Part shown: positions 30,863 through 45,400 of the stretch, in pieces
How the letters are laid out: every line of letters begins with the position of its first letter
How positions within the stretch are numbered: the stretch's first letter is position 1
Origin: Antedon mediterranea
Lineage: Eukaryota; Animalia; Echinodermata
DNA: 64,000 bases
Assembly: GCF_964355755.1 (NCBI RefSeq)
Contig: NC_092680.1
Span: forward strand, 13,215,045-13,279,044
Direction of reading: 5' to 3'
Program-made: the position numbers and the translations under genes
The notes under the pieces: generated by a model
The model's input: only the letters and a program-made list of their open reading frames with translations
What the model was told of the DNA's origin: nothing
The model's database searches: none

Positions 30863-32184
30863 TAAAACTACACCATTCTTTAGGGCCTATTGTTGGGAGA
30901 CAAAACTTTGAACAGTATCTCTATCGACCTATTGCTATTTTGTCATATCATATTTATGATATATGTATTATCAACGTTCAAGGACTCCATACAGTGTTGA
31001 CAGTTTCAGTTTATGAATTGATTTACAAACTATAATCAAAATATCATTTTGCTGTAATTTCATTCCATAATATAATAACTTATTAGACTGAGTACAATAA
31101 TAATAAAATACAAGAAATCAATAGGTAAATGGACATGAGTATGAATGTGAAACTTATTTATTATTTTTTAATCATCTTTTCCAAGTTTATGAACGTTGTC
31201 TGTCGTAGATAATGTTTTGTTATGAACAGAACAAGATTGAGCACAATATATAAGGCTGTACGTACGGTGTGATTGTGAAGCATTCATATCATTACCTTGA
31301 ACTGTACTTGACTCACGTTTGTAATAAAATATACAAATCAATTTTAGGTGTTTTTTGTTGTTAATATATTAAATTGCTAGATTTTCTTCTAAGGTAATAA
31401 TAACTAGACACATGTTGAACCGAACAAAGTATCCCCTTAATATGAGTGTTCCCTAAACAGGGGTTTGCCTTACCGTTATATTAAATATGGGTGTCTGAAA
31501 GGAAAGGTTATGTAAACAATAATTATAAAATATTTTTTAACAAACTTCGAATAGTGCGTAGCAGCGTGGCGCGTCTTAAAAATGAAAATTCGACTAAACA
31601 CCATTGGTGTAATATAAATATTGACTATGTTTCGCTGATTAGCTTGAGAGTGATGGAAATATGTAAAATAATTTATGAAAATAAATAAAAGGTAAATGTC
31701 AATAATCAACTATAACCTTTGATTAAATCTTGAGATTTAAATTTATACTACGAGTAGCTCAAATGGCGAGGCGTTGGTGGTACTTGAATACTGCCTGGAA
31801 GCTAATTGTACTTAATTGAATCCCTAGTGATTTGTTGGTCGAACATGAAAACTTCCGGTTTACCGATATTTATGGAGATATCGTATATTACGGACGTAAA
31901 TGAAACTTCCGATAATCAATATCAGGGTGCCTCTATCTGTGCTTTAGATTCTTGCTTTTATCTAAGTATTCACGGTTGCCCTGCACACTAATCATAAAAA
32001 TTGGCATAATATTTCTGCCTGTTACTTTATCGTTTATCGTAGATTTTGTATTCTCAAGACCCAAGCAGAGAAACATCAGCGCCTCCTGCTACACCCTTGC
32101 TTAATTTCTACACGCTTTTTCGTGCCACGGCGTAATAGAAGACAGCAAGATGATCATGTTTATTTTTTAGATTTTCCTGAACAC

Positions 32185-32215
<31 letters not shown>

Positions 32216-35200
32216 GCCTAAGGGCATCGACATGCACAACCTACCCTCACTATGATCTAACACATTGTTGCTTTTACATTGTTAGTTTAGAAAGCATGGT
32301 AAGTCTAATCTAATACAAGCGGAATATCAGCAATTTATATGAGTTTAAAATCTCGTAATAATCAAATAACCTCTGCGCATTTAATTAAATCTAATCGAAT
32401 TCCATAGACATTGATTGACCAATCAGAGGTGATGATAACATTCTCAATCGCATTTGGATTCAATGTCTGATGTGTAGGCTTTGCAATGCTATGCGATGTT
32501 GAGTAGCATGCAATGCAATTAGATAGAGCTTTTATGCTAAAAATTTGAATGTGTATTGACGACTGAATAACCATTAAATAGTACATTGCCTAGTGATATT
32601 CTTTGAACACGTCACAATGCGTGGACGCACCGCAACAACATTAGCGCAACACAAATATGTTGATCAATCACTTGCGATTGGTCAGCTCACTTGCTTTGCG
32701 CGTACACCATTGTGTTGGGTGGTAACAAAGCTTAACGGGTAGCTCCGAAATTAAAATTTATATTTAAAAAAAACATAACACAAACCTACAAAACATTTCA
32801 GATGAGGGTGAGGCAGAAAGAACGTCGATGAAGCAACTTTGTAGGCATATGTAGTATATATATGAAAAATCGCACTGTTTGTGTAGTTGCAGAGTAGATA
32901 ACACAATTGTCGATTATTGTAAGTAATTGATAGTTCTGAATGTAGCGCTTAAATAAATCAGTAAATATGATGAGACAAGGAGGTTTTATCTTACTATCAG
33001 GATGAGGTAATCAGTAGTCATAATACAAAGTGTCCATCTTGTGTTTGGTTGCGTTTTGGTCGTAATGCTGTTTTTTTACATAATCTCTATACTTTAATAG
33101 AATCTTTGAAGTTCCCGGCAACTAACACTATAATCTTACTCTATATCTTAGACATTCATTTTTTGTTTTATTTGTATTTAAATCTGTTTTGTTTCAGCTT
33201 AGTTTATCTGTAAGACATGTGACAAATAAGTATACCGTAAATCCAATCAAATCTTGTATGTGTGTATCTGCTATTAATCTGGTACAAAAACTCATTTTAC
33301 TATGTTTAACTCAGTCTACTGTTATATCAATCAATATTATATTATTGTTTGTGTCAACAGAGTCCAGGACAAAACAAACAAAATGCCGAACTGGATGGAA
33401 AATGATGAAATAACTAAATATATAACAAAAGTAATAATAATTAAGGGGCGTTATATACAAGTAAATTATGGTATTGATATTACATCTAGGCCTAATACCT
33501 ACATTACGTGAAAGGATTCCCCTGTTGAAATATACTGTATAACATTATCGAACCTACACATCGTGCTAAAATGATAAATGTAATGGAATAAGTCATTTTG
33601 TCACATAACATTTTGTTTTTACTCTAATCGTAACTTTTAAATAATTCCTATGATATAGGCTTAGTATGTTTTCCACGTACATACGTGAACATTCGCGCAA
33701 ATAGAAACATCTGCCAGATGCGCTTGCATTTTGACGATGTATCACGGATGATTTCTTATTAAAGCTGCGTTGGTAAATATCGAAGTTACTGTTGAAATTA
33801 TTACAAAACTGCAGAATGTATTCCATGAATATAGTAGAAATATTATGTTTAGATCGATAATTCTCTCGCCAATAGTATTTGCTTCAGTTGTTTTATTTTC
33901 TTTTATATAGCTTGTAATACTCATTAAGTCGATGTTAAGTAGATTTGTCACGAACTGGTCACTGAAGTATTTAGACCTACATAATTCACTGGGAATTCAT
34001 ATATTATTTCCAACTCATCTTCGGGTTGATCAAAAAATAATTTTCATTCATGTATTACGAGGCTTAATATTACTAAAATACACATACTAAAGGTAATCTT
34101 GCCTGTGTTTACATTATTTATAAGTTTCCTTCTCACCACCTTTTCAATGTTCTAATATTCTCACATATTTGTCGTGTTAAACCATCATTTACTCGTTCCG
34201 ATCGATAGATGTGTTATGATTTAGATGCTAGTTCGCTCATACAAGAACCAAATCCGTTAGCATTATACATAAAACATTGGTTGAATTGAAGCGTGACAGT
34301 AGTCGTGTGGAACAAGTTCGACCAACTTAAATTACAGTCATAAGACAGTAGTGATTTCTCTACTAGTACTACATGACTGTGAATGTAGAGTTTGAGTTTA
34401 TACCTCCAGCAATCAATTGTAGTTTGATGTGCAGCTATCGATAATAAAATATACGTTTCGTTTCGTTCCGTAATATTTATTCAACCAAGAAGAAAAAACA
34501 AGTATGACAGTACATATTATTTAACATAAATACTCAACATTTTAACATTTTTTCTGACGGTCTTGGGATTCTAATTTTGGCGATTAATTATTCAACTCAC
34601 TTCAGATAATTTGATAAAATTATGATTCAGAAAAAACAAAGTAAAAATGCAAACTCTAAGCACACACGAAAAAATCCAGTTGTAAACAATTAGTACATAC
34701 ACAAACTTACTTCGGAGCTTAAGGCATTCTTATGCAAATATATGTATGCTGATGAATGAATGAAGAGCTGTGATTGGTTCGCATTTCGTTCGCGTCTCAA
34801 CAATCAAATTTGAGATGTGCTACGCAAGTGCATTTGCCAGATGTTTCTATTTGCGCGAATGTTCACTTAGGCCTATAAGTGGAAAACATGCTAAGCCTAT
34901 AATGTTCTACGGAACATGGATTGTTTTCTACAAAGTTAATCTAGTTTTTTAAAAAACAACATGCGGAACGGAATTGCATACAATATCCCATAAACTTGTT
35001 CAATTTAGGATTTCATCAAACGTTAATCACAAATAGCATTTTGTGATTGACTATTATAGTCGGTTTTGAAATAATATCTGTAAAAATCATGTAATTCTGT
35101 AAAAGTGAAATTGTGTGACTTTGGTTGGCGAGAAAAATATCGACAGTATTAATAATGCACTATCGCATGGATTACACATGTAGGCATACCTCAATATCGA

Positions 35201-36201
35201 ATGATTTATCCGTAATAAAACATTCTATTTTTCGAGTAAATAAAAACAAAGTTTGTAAGATCAATGAACTCGGTGATGTACCTATATTTGACAGTATTTG
35301 ACCTGTATCAAGGCAAACATGAAATGTATCAAGGCAAACTCATTAATACAACGTTCTCTGTGTTTCACGTGTGATGCATGTAGTTTAATGTTAGATTAAC
35401 GTTTAGGTTAGGATTTGTGATGTATGAAATGTACCTATGATACTAACAACATGGCTGCAGTCGCGCGCTCAAATTTAAAGTTAGTGTTTACCGACCGACC
35501 GTCCAATCGACCGACCGACCAACCGACCGACATAGTGAACTGCAGAGTCGCATTTGTACCACGACTAAACATGTAGATACAGTACCTACATAATTACCTA
35601 GATTGTAAGATTGTATAACTTTGTTTTGTATATATAGGCCTTTAAATATATATTATATTTTATTCCATTCTGTAAGTGGCGGGTTTCCCGCTGTTGAATA
35701 AGATTGTAAATAAATAAATAAAATATAATAAATATAAAATTGGTTATGTTATGTAACACGACGGTAAGTACTGTAGTTGTGCCCTTCTTGGTAATTGCAA
35801 TTAGCTTTCTTCACTATCCTTCTCACAATCAAACCGGAATCTCATTTCTGGTTAGTTACGTCGTTAATTTAATTCTATGATACAATAATTAGCCCAATTC
35901 CTTCAAGGCAGGATTACTAAAAAGAATATATTTAGACACTAATGATGAAGTGACGTTTATATAACATGGATAGATAAAGTATGTTATATAGCCATGTATA
36001 GAAGCATAATCAAAATGCTCTATACCATTTTGTTGTTTGTCAAAACATTGTTATTCCATGCTATAAATGAGTATAAGATCTATTTTGAAACATGTGAGCC
36101 CGATAAACAAATACAAGGAAACAAGTATTGGTTGTAAATTTATTTAATATGAATGGCAAGTCATCGTTGCAACATGCACGTAAAAGGGAGTATAAGATCT
36201 A

Positions 36202-36694
36202 TTTTGCTACTCGGAGACTGCGGCAATTAACAAACTCGTAGAATAATAAATAAAGACGCATACAACATAAGTTCTGGCTTAAATAGTTTAATTAGTAAAT
36301 GAACATTCACCCATGTAAAACTGCACATAAAAGTCATAAGCAAATATAAGTTATATAGCAATAATTTTCCAATTCTAAGTAAGCACAACAGGGATGCTCA
36401 GAGAAAAATAGCTCTATTGCCATAAGTGTAATAATATTGGGCGGGAGGGAGGGAAAATTGTCTTCAACTTAATGTGATCGTGTTAACAGAGAGGATGCTT
36501 GATCAAAGAGGTCGAAAACCCGCCCTCTCCGTTCTCAAAATAGAATTGTGTTTCCAACCCAATTCTTGATTTTTGCTACTCGGAGACTGCGGCAATTAAC
36601 AAACTCGTAGAATAATAAATAAAGACGCATACAACATAAGTTCTGGCTTAAATAGTTTAATTAGTAAATGAACATTCACCCATGTAAAACTGCA
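36202..36694. repeat. Perfect 124-bp direct repeat pair
   Basis: 36202-36325 is identical to 36571-36694, with a 245-bp spacer. Confidence 0.9.
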
Positions 36695-37371
36695 ATGTTG
36701 CCCAGTGCAAACGTGTATATTGGTTGAAAAGACATCGAGAGGAACTGGTTAACACAGAATAAAGAAGACAGTTCAAGTTTGTATTGGGCGTATCATGCCA
36801 CGTGACCGAGTTATGTAAACGTTTCTCTTATGATATTGTGACATTATACTCATCGGTAATTACAATAGTATAATGTAATGTTTACTCTTAAAATCATACA
36901 CGACTTGACACATTGAAGAGCCGTAACTGACAACAACCACGTTTGTGTGATATACACAATGGGTTAATAAAGGAATTAAGACTTGTTCTCTGCCTGTTAG
37001 TATCTGTTATGTGTAATAGAATATCTCGCTACTGACAAGGGCTTAGATTGCGAAGGATGTGGCGAATTTGCTGAGAGAACACTAAGTGATATTCACCGAT
37101 GGAAGGATTTGTGTTATCAGCTGAATGAGACTTTGACTAAAATACATGCAATCGCTTGATGCAAGCTAATCAACATAGTTAATCCCTTTGCATCTATTAT
37201 TTTGACTGTGTTTTTTACACAGATTCTATACTAGGTGGGTTTGGCGGCGATATTGCTGCTGATCTAAACAATCCTTATGGTATAAATAATAGGCTTAAAA
37301 CAATAATTTTACTAGGAAATATCATCAAATTAATGTACAAAATCAATGTTCCAAATGTATTGAACAAAATG

Positions 37372-37610
37372 TAAGAACCTAGTACATCTTTCGAGACGAG
37401 TGGGGGTTACCCCGGTGTACCCCGGTTCATACACACACACACACACACACTGTCGTGGACAGACGTAATGGCGCCATAGTTGGCTGCCGATGACACGATG
37501 TGACCCTTAGGGGAGAAGAATGTGGTTGATCGAAAAGGTGTACCATCTTAGTCCACAGCGCCTTTGATCACTTGTTGCTGAAATTGGCGCTTTACAAATT
37601 CGTATATATG
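37372..37610 (+). mobile_element. Deu-SINE fragment with (CA)n and a different L2-like tail
   Basis: AAGAACCTAGTACATCTTTCGAGACGAGTGGGGGTTACCCCGGTG, then (CA)n and AGCGCCTTTGA...GGCGCTTTACAAAT. Confidence 0.55.
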
Positions 37611-37918
37611 TAGCCAACTTGCACTGATGAAGGGCTAGTGTTGCCCGGTGATATATGTATTACATACCGGTACACTACATTGTGCTTCTAGGCGAGGTCT
37701 AGGTATAGGTAGATCATGGTAGCATAATATGTGATAGGTTTTAAGATCCTTTGGAAACCAATTTCTTAAACCAAACTTTTAAGGATTATCCTGATTTTCT
37801 CTTTGTTATTGATGTTGTCTTGTCTTTGTGTGTATTTCCTGTACAGTAACAGTGAATGTTGAAGTCAATCATAAAACAAAAACACGGATTTATTTAGGCT
37901 TACACTTATTCACTCTTC

Positions 37919-39298
37919 ATTCAATTTGTTGTCATTGTTATTGTATTCAATTTGTTGTCATTGTTATTGTATTCAATTTGTTGTCATTGTTATTGTATTC
38001 AATTTGTTGTCATTGTTATTGTATTCAATTTGTTGTCATTGTTATTGTATTCAATTTGTTGTCATTGTTATTGTATTCAATTTGTTGTCATTGTTATTGT
38101 ATTCAATTTGTTGTCATTGTTATTGTATTCAATTTGTTGTCATTGTTATTGTATTCAATTTGTTGTCATTGTTATTGTATTCAATTTGTTGTCATTGTTA
38201 TTGTATTCAATTTGTTGTCATTGTTATTGTATTCAATTTGTTGTCATTGTTATTGTATTCAATTTGTTGTCATTGTCATTGTATTCAATTTGTTGTCATT
38301 GTTAATGTATTCAATTTGTTGTCATTGTTATTGTATTCAATTTGTTGTCATTGTTATTGTATTCAATTTGTTGTCATTGTTATTGTATTCAATTTGTTGT
38401 CATTGTTATTGTATTCAATTTGTTGTCATTGTCATTGTATTCAATTTGTTGTCATTGTTATTGTATTCAATTTGTTGTCATTGTTATTGTATTCAATTTG
38501 TTGTCATTGTTATTGTATTCAATTTGTTGTCATTGTTATTGTATTCAATTTGTTGTCATTGTTAATGTATTCAATTTGTTGTCATTGTTATTGTATTCAA
38601 TTTGTTGTCATTGTTATTGTATTCAATTTGTTGTCATTGTCATTGTATTCAATTTGTTGTCATTGTTATTGTATTCAATTTGTTGTCATTGTTATTGTAT
38701 TCAATTTGTTGTCATTGTTATTGTATTCAATTTGTTGTCATTGTTATTGTATTCAATTTGTTGTCATTGTTATTGTATTCAATTTGTTGTCATTGTTATT
38801 GTATTCAATTTGTTGTCATTGTTATTGTATTCAATTTGTTGTCATTGTTATTGTATTCAATTTGTTGTCATTGTTAATGTATTCAATTTGTTGTCATTGT
38901 TATTGTATTCAATTTGTTGTCATTGTTATTGTATTCAATTTGTTGTCATTGTTATTGTATTCAATTTGTTGTCATTGTTATTGTATTCAATTTGTTGTCA
39001 TTGTTATTGTATTCAATTTGTTGTCATTGTTATTGTATTCAATTTGTTGTCATTGTTATTGTATTCAATTTGTTGTCATTGTTATTGTATTCAATTTGTT
39101 GTCATTGTTATTGTATTCAATTTGTTGTCATTGTTATTGTATTCAATTTGTTGTCATTGTTATTGTATTCAATTTGTTGTCATTGTTATTGTATTCAATT
39201 TGTTGTCATTGTTATTGTATTCAATTTGTTGTCATTGTTATTGTATTCAATTTGTTGTCATTGTTAATGTATTCAATTTGTTGTCATTGTTATTGTAT
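37919..39298. repeat. 26-bp tandem satellite, ~53 copies
   Basis: Unit ATTCAATTTGTTGTCATTGTTATTGT, almost perfectly homogeneous, with two recurring single-base variants. Confidence 0.97.
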
Positions 39299-41352
39299 TT
39301 CTGTTTATTTTCTGACCTTTCTTTCTATTTTCATTTTACACAAAAATCATTATTTTCTGTATGAATACATTAGAAAATAATAATTTACAAAAGTAGACAA
39401 CACCAAGCAAAAATTGTAATAATTTTTTTGTAATAAGCCTAGTAATGAATAGATTACAATATGATGTCAGCAACTGAACAGCGTGTTATAGCAGTACATC
39501 TATTTAGATTAAATCATTGCATCATGTTGATTTTGTGACGTTCCGCTGCACTCAAATTGTCAGCTTATAAGCTATTATGACATAACACTGTTTAGCCTAG
39601 TATTTTATAGAATACAATATTTAATTATTAGAATCCTTAAAACAACACGCAAATTTACAGCGGTTACTTTTTGGAAATTCCAGTTTTCTACCGATTATCA
39701 GTGCTGTATCTCCACAAATGTCAATGTGTCCAATATCCAGGCACATGCCGTAATACAGCATCTTGTGTGTATCACATGTGATGTATTTATCATGAAATGC
39801 AAGGTTAGTGTACTGTCTATACAAGATTTACATCTTTTTCATATGTGAGGTTGTTGTATTGGGAAAGTTGCCCTTATTCATTTAGATACAGTACTACTGA
39901 GATAAGATGATAATTATTCAATTAACTGTATTAAGAGTGCACTTTGTTGATTGACATTATTTACTTAGTGTGATTATATTGTATAATATGGAATGACAAT
40001 CTATTTTATACAATAGTCAATTAGTAAATCTAACGTAAGTAGTCGGAGCACCAGACGAGTTAAATGCGTATAGGCCTAGTGTGAAACCACTCTTATCGTA
40101 GATAACAATAACTATTTTTTTAAAATAGACCCATTTACAATTACAGCGTTTTAAATGTTATATTCAACTGTTGTACAGTGCAAGTCTGATGATTGAATAT
40201 GAAGTAAACAATAGCCAATCAAATCTTTTGACACCTTTTTTAAACTGATTTCCTTACGTCACCGTCCAAAATCACTTTTATAATTAAGTCGTCTTTATCA
40301 ACGCGATCGTGTCCTTAAGACATAATTGAGAGAGATCGAACGTTGTAGACTGTGTGTGATTTTACACACCATTCAATAGGCTTCAACAGACTATAGCCTT
40401 TGATACCATTAGTCCTATCAGCATATTATCTTTCTGACGTTTTCTCTCTCAATAACTATAAATTTTGCTATTAAGATACTATTATTTCAGGGCCACAGAA
40501 AGCTTAGGTTATTTCTAGTTTGATACATCTAAGTTTTTTCTTTCTTCAAAATCACACATTAAAACATCACCATGCACTGTTTACTTCAATTTAAACTGGA
40601 AAATTTATAAGATCAATTTAGAAAACAATAATAAAAAACACAGAAAACACATTTTTGAAAAGCTGTTTTAAATTATACAAATTGAACATGAAGTGTTAAC
40701 ATTATTTATATAAACGCGCTCTCTGGAAGAATAAATGAATACAAATAAAGTAATCTGCCTTCTTAGATTCATTAATTGTTTAACCAATAAAGTGCGCATA
40801 ATCAGCTATTACCAAAACAACCAGATTCCCAATCACAACGCAACAATTTTTCCTCCGGGTCAAAGGTTAAAAATTATCGCATTTATCCTATAATTATCCG
40901 ATTTGAATGAGATAATTAATATCGGTTGATTTGTCTCTAGTGGAATCTGTTTCCACAAGAAGTTCATCGGAAAATTATCGATTAATGTTTATCGATTAAT
41001 GTTTATCGATTAATGTTTATCGGTTAATTTTTGGCTGCGGAAACACGGCCAAAAGTTTCCTTTTGGACAGAACGCATGAACGTAAGCGCGCCGCAAGTAC
41101 TTTGACCAATAATACGCGATGATTCAAACGGTCCGTTGTGATTGGTCAAATAACCATGTTCACATGGGAGTCAAGTTTAAATGTATCAGTATTGTAGGAA
41201 TGTTGCAGTTTCCATCGCTTATTTTACAAAAAGGTGCATTTAACAAAGTATTATTGTATTTAATTATTTTAAAAATCCTTCTTGTGATGACGTTAGCCTC
41301 AAGATTATATTTCAATTTACCGGATACATAAATAGCGACATGTGTTTGTATC

Positions 41353-41954
41353 CAGTGGCGTATCCAGGATTTTGAAGTTTGGGGGGCCGGGAATTGCCAA
41401 GTTGCCGACAAAATTAGTAGTGTCATTATCTGTATACACCTGATCAATATATGTTCTAGGATTGCATAGTCATATTGTCTTAAATGGGATAACGATGCAA
41501 AATTAAAACCAAACCAACATTATCTGTTAGTATGTTATATTAATATTACAATAAAGAAAGAATTAGGAAAATCTGACTTGTAGTTTTCGAAATATAGGGT
41601 CTAAAACATCGCCGAAAATGATCGTTTTTAGCCACGAAAGAAGTAAAACAATTTGCGGCCTCAGTCGACAATTCTATTAACTACGCCATTTTTGGTTAAA
41701 ATAATTTCGTTAGATGTAATGAAAACAACAAATAGTTGATCTGAATTGGGATCAATGATATGATATGTAAATAAACAAACACTCAAAAGAATTATGTTTA
41801 CAGTTCAATTATTGTCAGAATAATAGTTTATTCTTATTTGCCTAACTTTATTTTTTCCCCGACACCTTTGTTTGCCGACGGACGCGATGATGTGCCGACG
41901 GACACGAAATCAGGGGGCGCCCCCCGGCCCCACCCCCCACTGGATACGCCACTG
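41353..41954 (+). mobile_element. hAT-like non-autonomous element (family B)
   Basis: 15-bp perfect TIR CAGTGGCGTATCCAG; flanks TTTGTATC / TTTGTAAG (6 of 8 match). Confidence 0.75.
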
Positions 41955-42461
41955 TTTGTAAGAACCCAATGCTGTCGCGTCTACTTACATTTATTTATAT
42001 CAATCATAATAAAGATCTCCACCGAGTATCCGTAATTAATACCATATATTAAATCTTCAAATCTTCTTCAAGCCTTCAATTTAATTACATTCAATATCAA
42101 ATTATCAATGTAATGCCTATGTGAAATAGATGTTATTTAATGTACCTAGTTGCATAATATTGCTATAAATAGTACGCAAAATGAGCCAAGATATTAAACG
42201 AGTTTATGATAGCGTCTCATGCATTACAGATTAGATCTGAATCCTCGCAGATTTTCTAGCAAAATGGAAACTTTTATTGATGGAGCTAGCTAATTTATTA
42301 ATTGTTATTGTGCCTTATTAATATTTGACAAATTTGTGAATTTTTTTTTTTAAATCAATGATTAGTTAAATTTCTTTAATGTAATCGTGTTTCTTTATTA
42401 TTTTTTCAGATAGTTAGATAGATGAAAGAATTCGGAAATTTTACTTAGAACTTTCATTAAA

Positions 42462-45400
42462 ATGTCATTTTATAAAAAGGTGAGTCTAAAATATTAATCA
42501 TAATTTCTTATTTAATTAATAATACTAAAAGTATTCACTACTCATTAGACTGTATTCTTCACATTGACACACGACATGATAGCAAATTAACATGTCATTC
42601 AATATTGATAAACAGACTGGAATCAACCTGAGGGTACAAAATCTTATTTGCATGTTGTTTTTATATGATCTAGATTTACTTTTAAGTTAAACAAATTCAC
42701 ATTATAATGTACCGGTAACATTACCAACTTTACTTTCTTTTAAAAAAATATTTAGACCATCAATATTCATTAGATACTGTAGATAATAAGTTTTACCCTA
42801 TTGAATTTATATCTTACTATTTCTATGGTACTCAACTATTTACAAATCTGTTTGGCTTTTATTAAAGTTTGTTAGAAAATATTTTTAAATTTTACCATGT
42901 ACCATGTAATGCTTTTAAGAAACTCAGCCCTAAAACTCTTTTGGCTTACTTCACATTCCACAAATAAACAAGACTGTAATAAGGTTTTTTCTTATGATTG
43001 TTTTTGGAACAATAAATGAATAAATGACTACTGAATATACCTTTTATATCAGTAATACAAAATTATAAAACAAAAGAAATACAAGGTAAAGAATTAAGGA
43101 ACATTATATTGTTCTTATTTATATTTTATATCTGTAAATGTTGTTGAATGCAAGCTGCTGTAATTTCTTCTGATTGGAGTTAATAAAGTTTTTCTTATGT
43201 CTTATGTCAAAACATATACACCTAAGATAGGAATAATAAAAAAAATAACCAATACGTTGTATTGGTACCGATTAAATTGAATCCCTATTCTCTTTTTTTT
43301 TCATATGTTTGATTTTTTTAAATCGTTATTCTATTAAAAATGTAGTTAAACAAACCGAACCAAGAGAGCAATGCAACTACTGAAGTTTTACCTGAACCAA
43401 AAGTTCCCGAGTTACAGCTTGCGCACTTAACACCAGACGAGATTGCGGTCATACAACATGTTCTACAAAAACAAAAACTCTTTGAAAAACAAACGGAAAA
43501 TAAACGCATTATGATAGAGAACCAAATTCGACAACATGAAGCCCGGATCAATAGTAATATAAAGAAACATTTAGACCTGCGATTGTGTAGGTTGTGTTTC
43601 CACGAGAAGTTCAATGACGGAATAGGACGAGTGTGTCATGACTGTAGACGTAGAGTTTGCTACTACTGTGGTTCATTCTACAAGCCAATCGAGAGTTTCA
43701 GTGTAGAGGTAATTATTCCAAAAGTTAAATTTTTATTTATTTATTTCAGCAATATTTTACGAGGGTGGTCCACCCAGCCGAAGATGATCATTAGCGACCC
43801 TCACACATAAATACAACATGATAAGACATAAACATGTAACAATAAATTAAATAAATATGATTTATAAAGATACACAAAATAAAATAAAGCGCAACAAAAT
43901 TAGAATAAAAAAATTAATTAAAATCATCAAATTACTTTGTTGCCCGCGCTACAGTATAGTTCAAAGATTTTTAAAACCAATAATCTTATCAACAGCAGAA
44001 AAGATGTTTTAATTAAAATAAATTAATCATTCATAAGTTAACGTTAACAAATTATAATCGAGAGTTTCAGTGTAGAGGTAATTATTTCAAAAGTTGAATG
44101 ATCAAATTACTTACAGTATAGTTTAAAGCTTTTAAAAACCAATTCACATGTAACGTTAACACGTTATAGGTAAGTTAAGAATATGACATTAGAAAGCGAA
44201 CTATAATGCCTCGTTATAGACAGTGACAAGACATACCGTACATATAACAAATACGTTAATTCTAATCAGATCTCCATATTATTTTTATCCTTCATTTCAT
44301 ATTGCCACTTTCATAATGATACTGACTATGGTCTGAATAATTATTCTATCATTGTATCTCTTGTGTCATCACACTGCGTATTAGGTGAAGGCGAAATGGC
44401 GCTGTCGACTGTGTTGCCTAAAACGTGAATTTCTATGCATGACGGGAAACTGGTACCATGGTGACAAAGCACGGCCTGTTCTTAATGCAAAAACATTTGA
44501 ATCCGTAGAAGTTGTTTCAGATAAGGTAATAAAAAAAATTCTTCTATAACTTAAGCAAAAATGAAAATACAATTATTATGAAAGTGCATTTTTCTGTTTC
44601 AACATTGTTAACACCGTCTGTTGTGTGTTTACTACAATTATTTAGAACACTAAGCTCAAAAATTGGTCCAAGTAAGCAGCAGCTCAAAGATTGGCACACA
44701 CATAGGATTGTTTTTTTTTTTCCTGCTCATCTTTTTTCTTTAATTTATCAATTTTTATATACTGATTTTTATTTTCTTTCTTTCATTATTTTTAATTAAT
44801 TTATTTTGTATTTATTTTTTTCATAATATCTATTTTTAAAAGCAATCCCGCCAAAAGATTCTCATCTTTTTGGGATCCTGCCTTCATCCATTTATCAATT
44901 ATCTCTTGTCATTATTGTTTTTGTTACTTTTTGTCTTTTGGACATAAATAAATGTTTTTTTAATTGAATTTAAATAGTCGAATTTTGCGAAATTTTAAAT
45001 GATAATCATAATACTGTACCAGTTATTTACTACTATTATGCTAGGCCTATTCATATTACAATCATAATAATAAATGTAACATGTTTTTTTTTACTTTAAG
45101 GAGGAACCACAGAAACCCCATAGTAGAAACAAATCCGGTGGCCATGCGTCCGGAGTGAAATCCGACACCGAAACATTAACATCATTAGATTCGTATTCGC
45201 AAGGAAATCGGCGGAAACAGTTTTGTCACCGTCGCCCGAGCAGACGACAGGAAGAGGAAAACATTGAAACTAGGTATGATCCTCATATGGATGACCCACG
45301 GAGACGAAAACGGTCGTACTGCCGTCGACGACGCCGACCCGGGGTCATCGCACAAAAGAATCCCATCGAGATTGCACGAGAATCGTCCGATACAGACGTT

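Noticed and set aside
37620-37655. CTGATGA hammerhead/Penelope-like core
   Set aside because: No downstream GAAA core or supporting helices.
37828-39380. Long ORFs (up to 484 aa) of repeated LLSLLLYSICCHCYCIQFVVIVIVFN
   Set aside because: By-product of a stop-free 26-bp satellite, open in all three frames, with no unique coding context.
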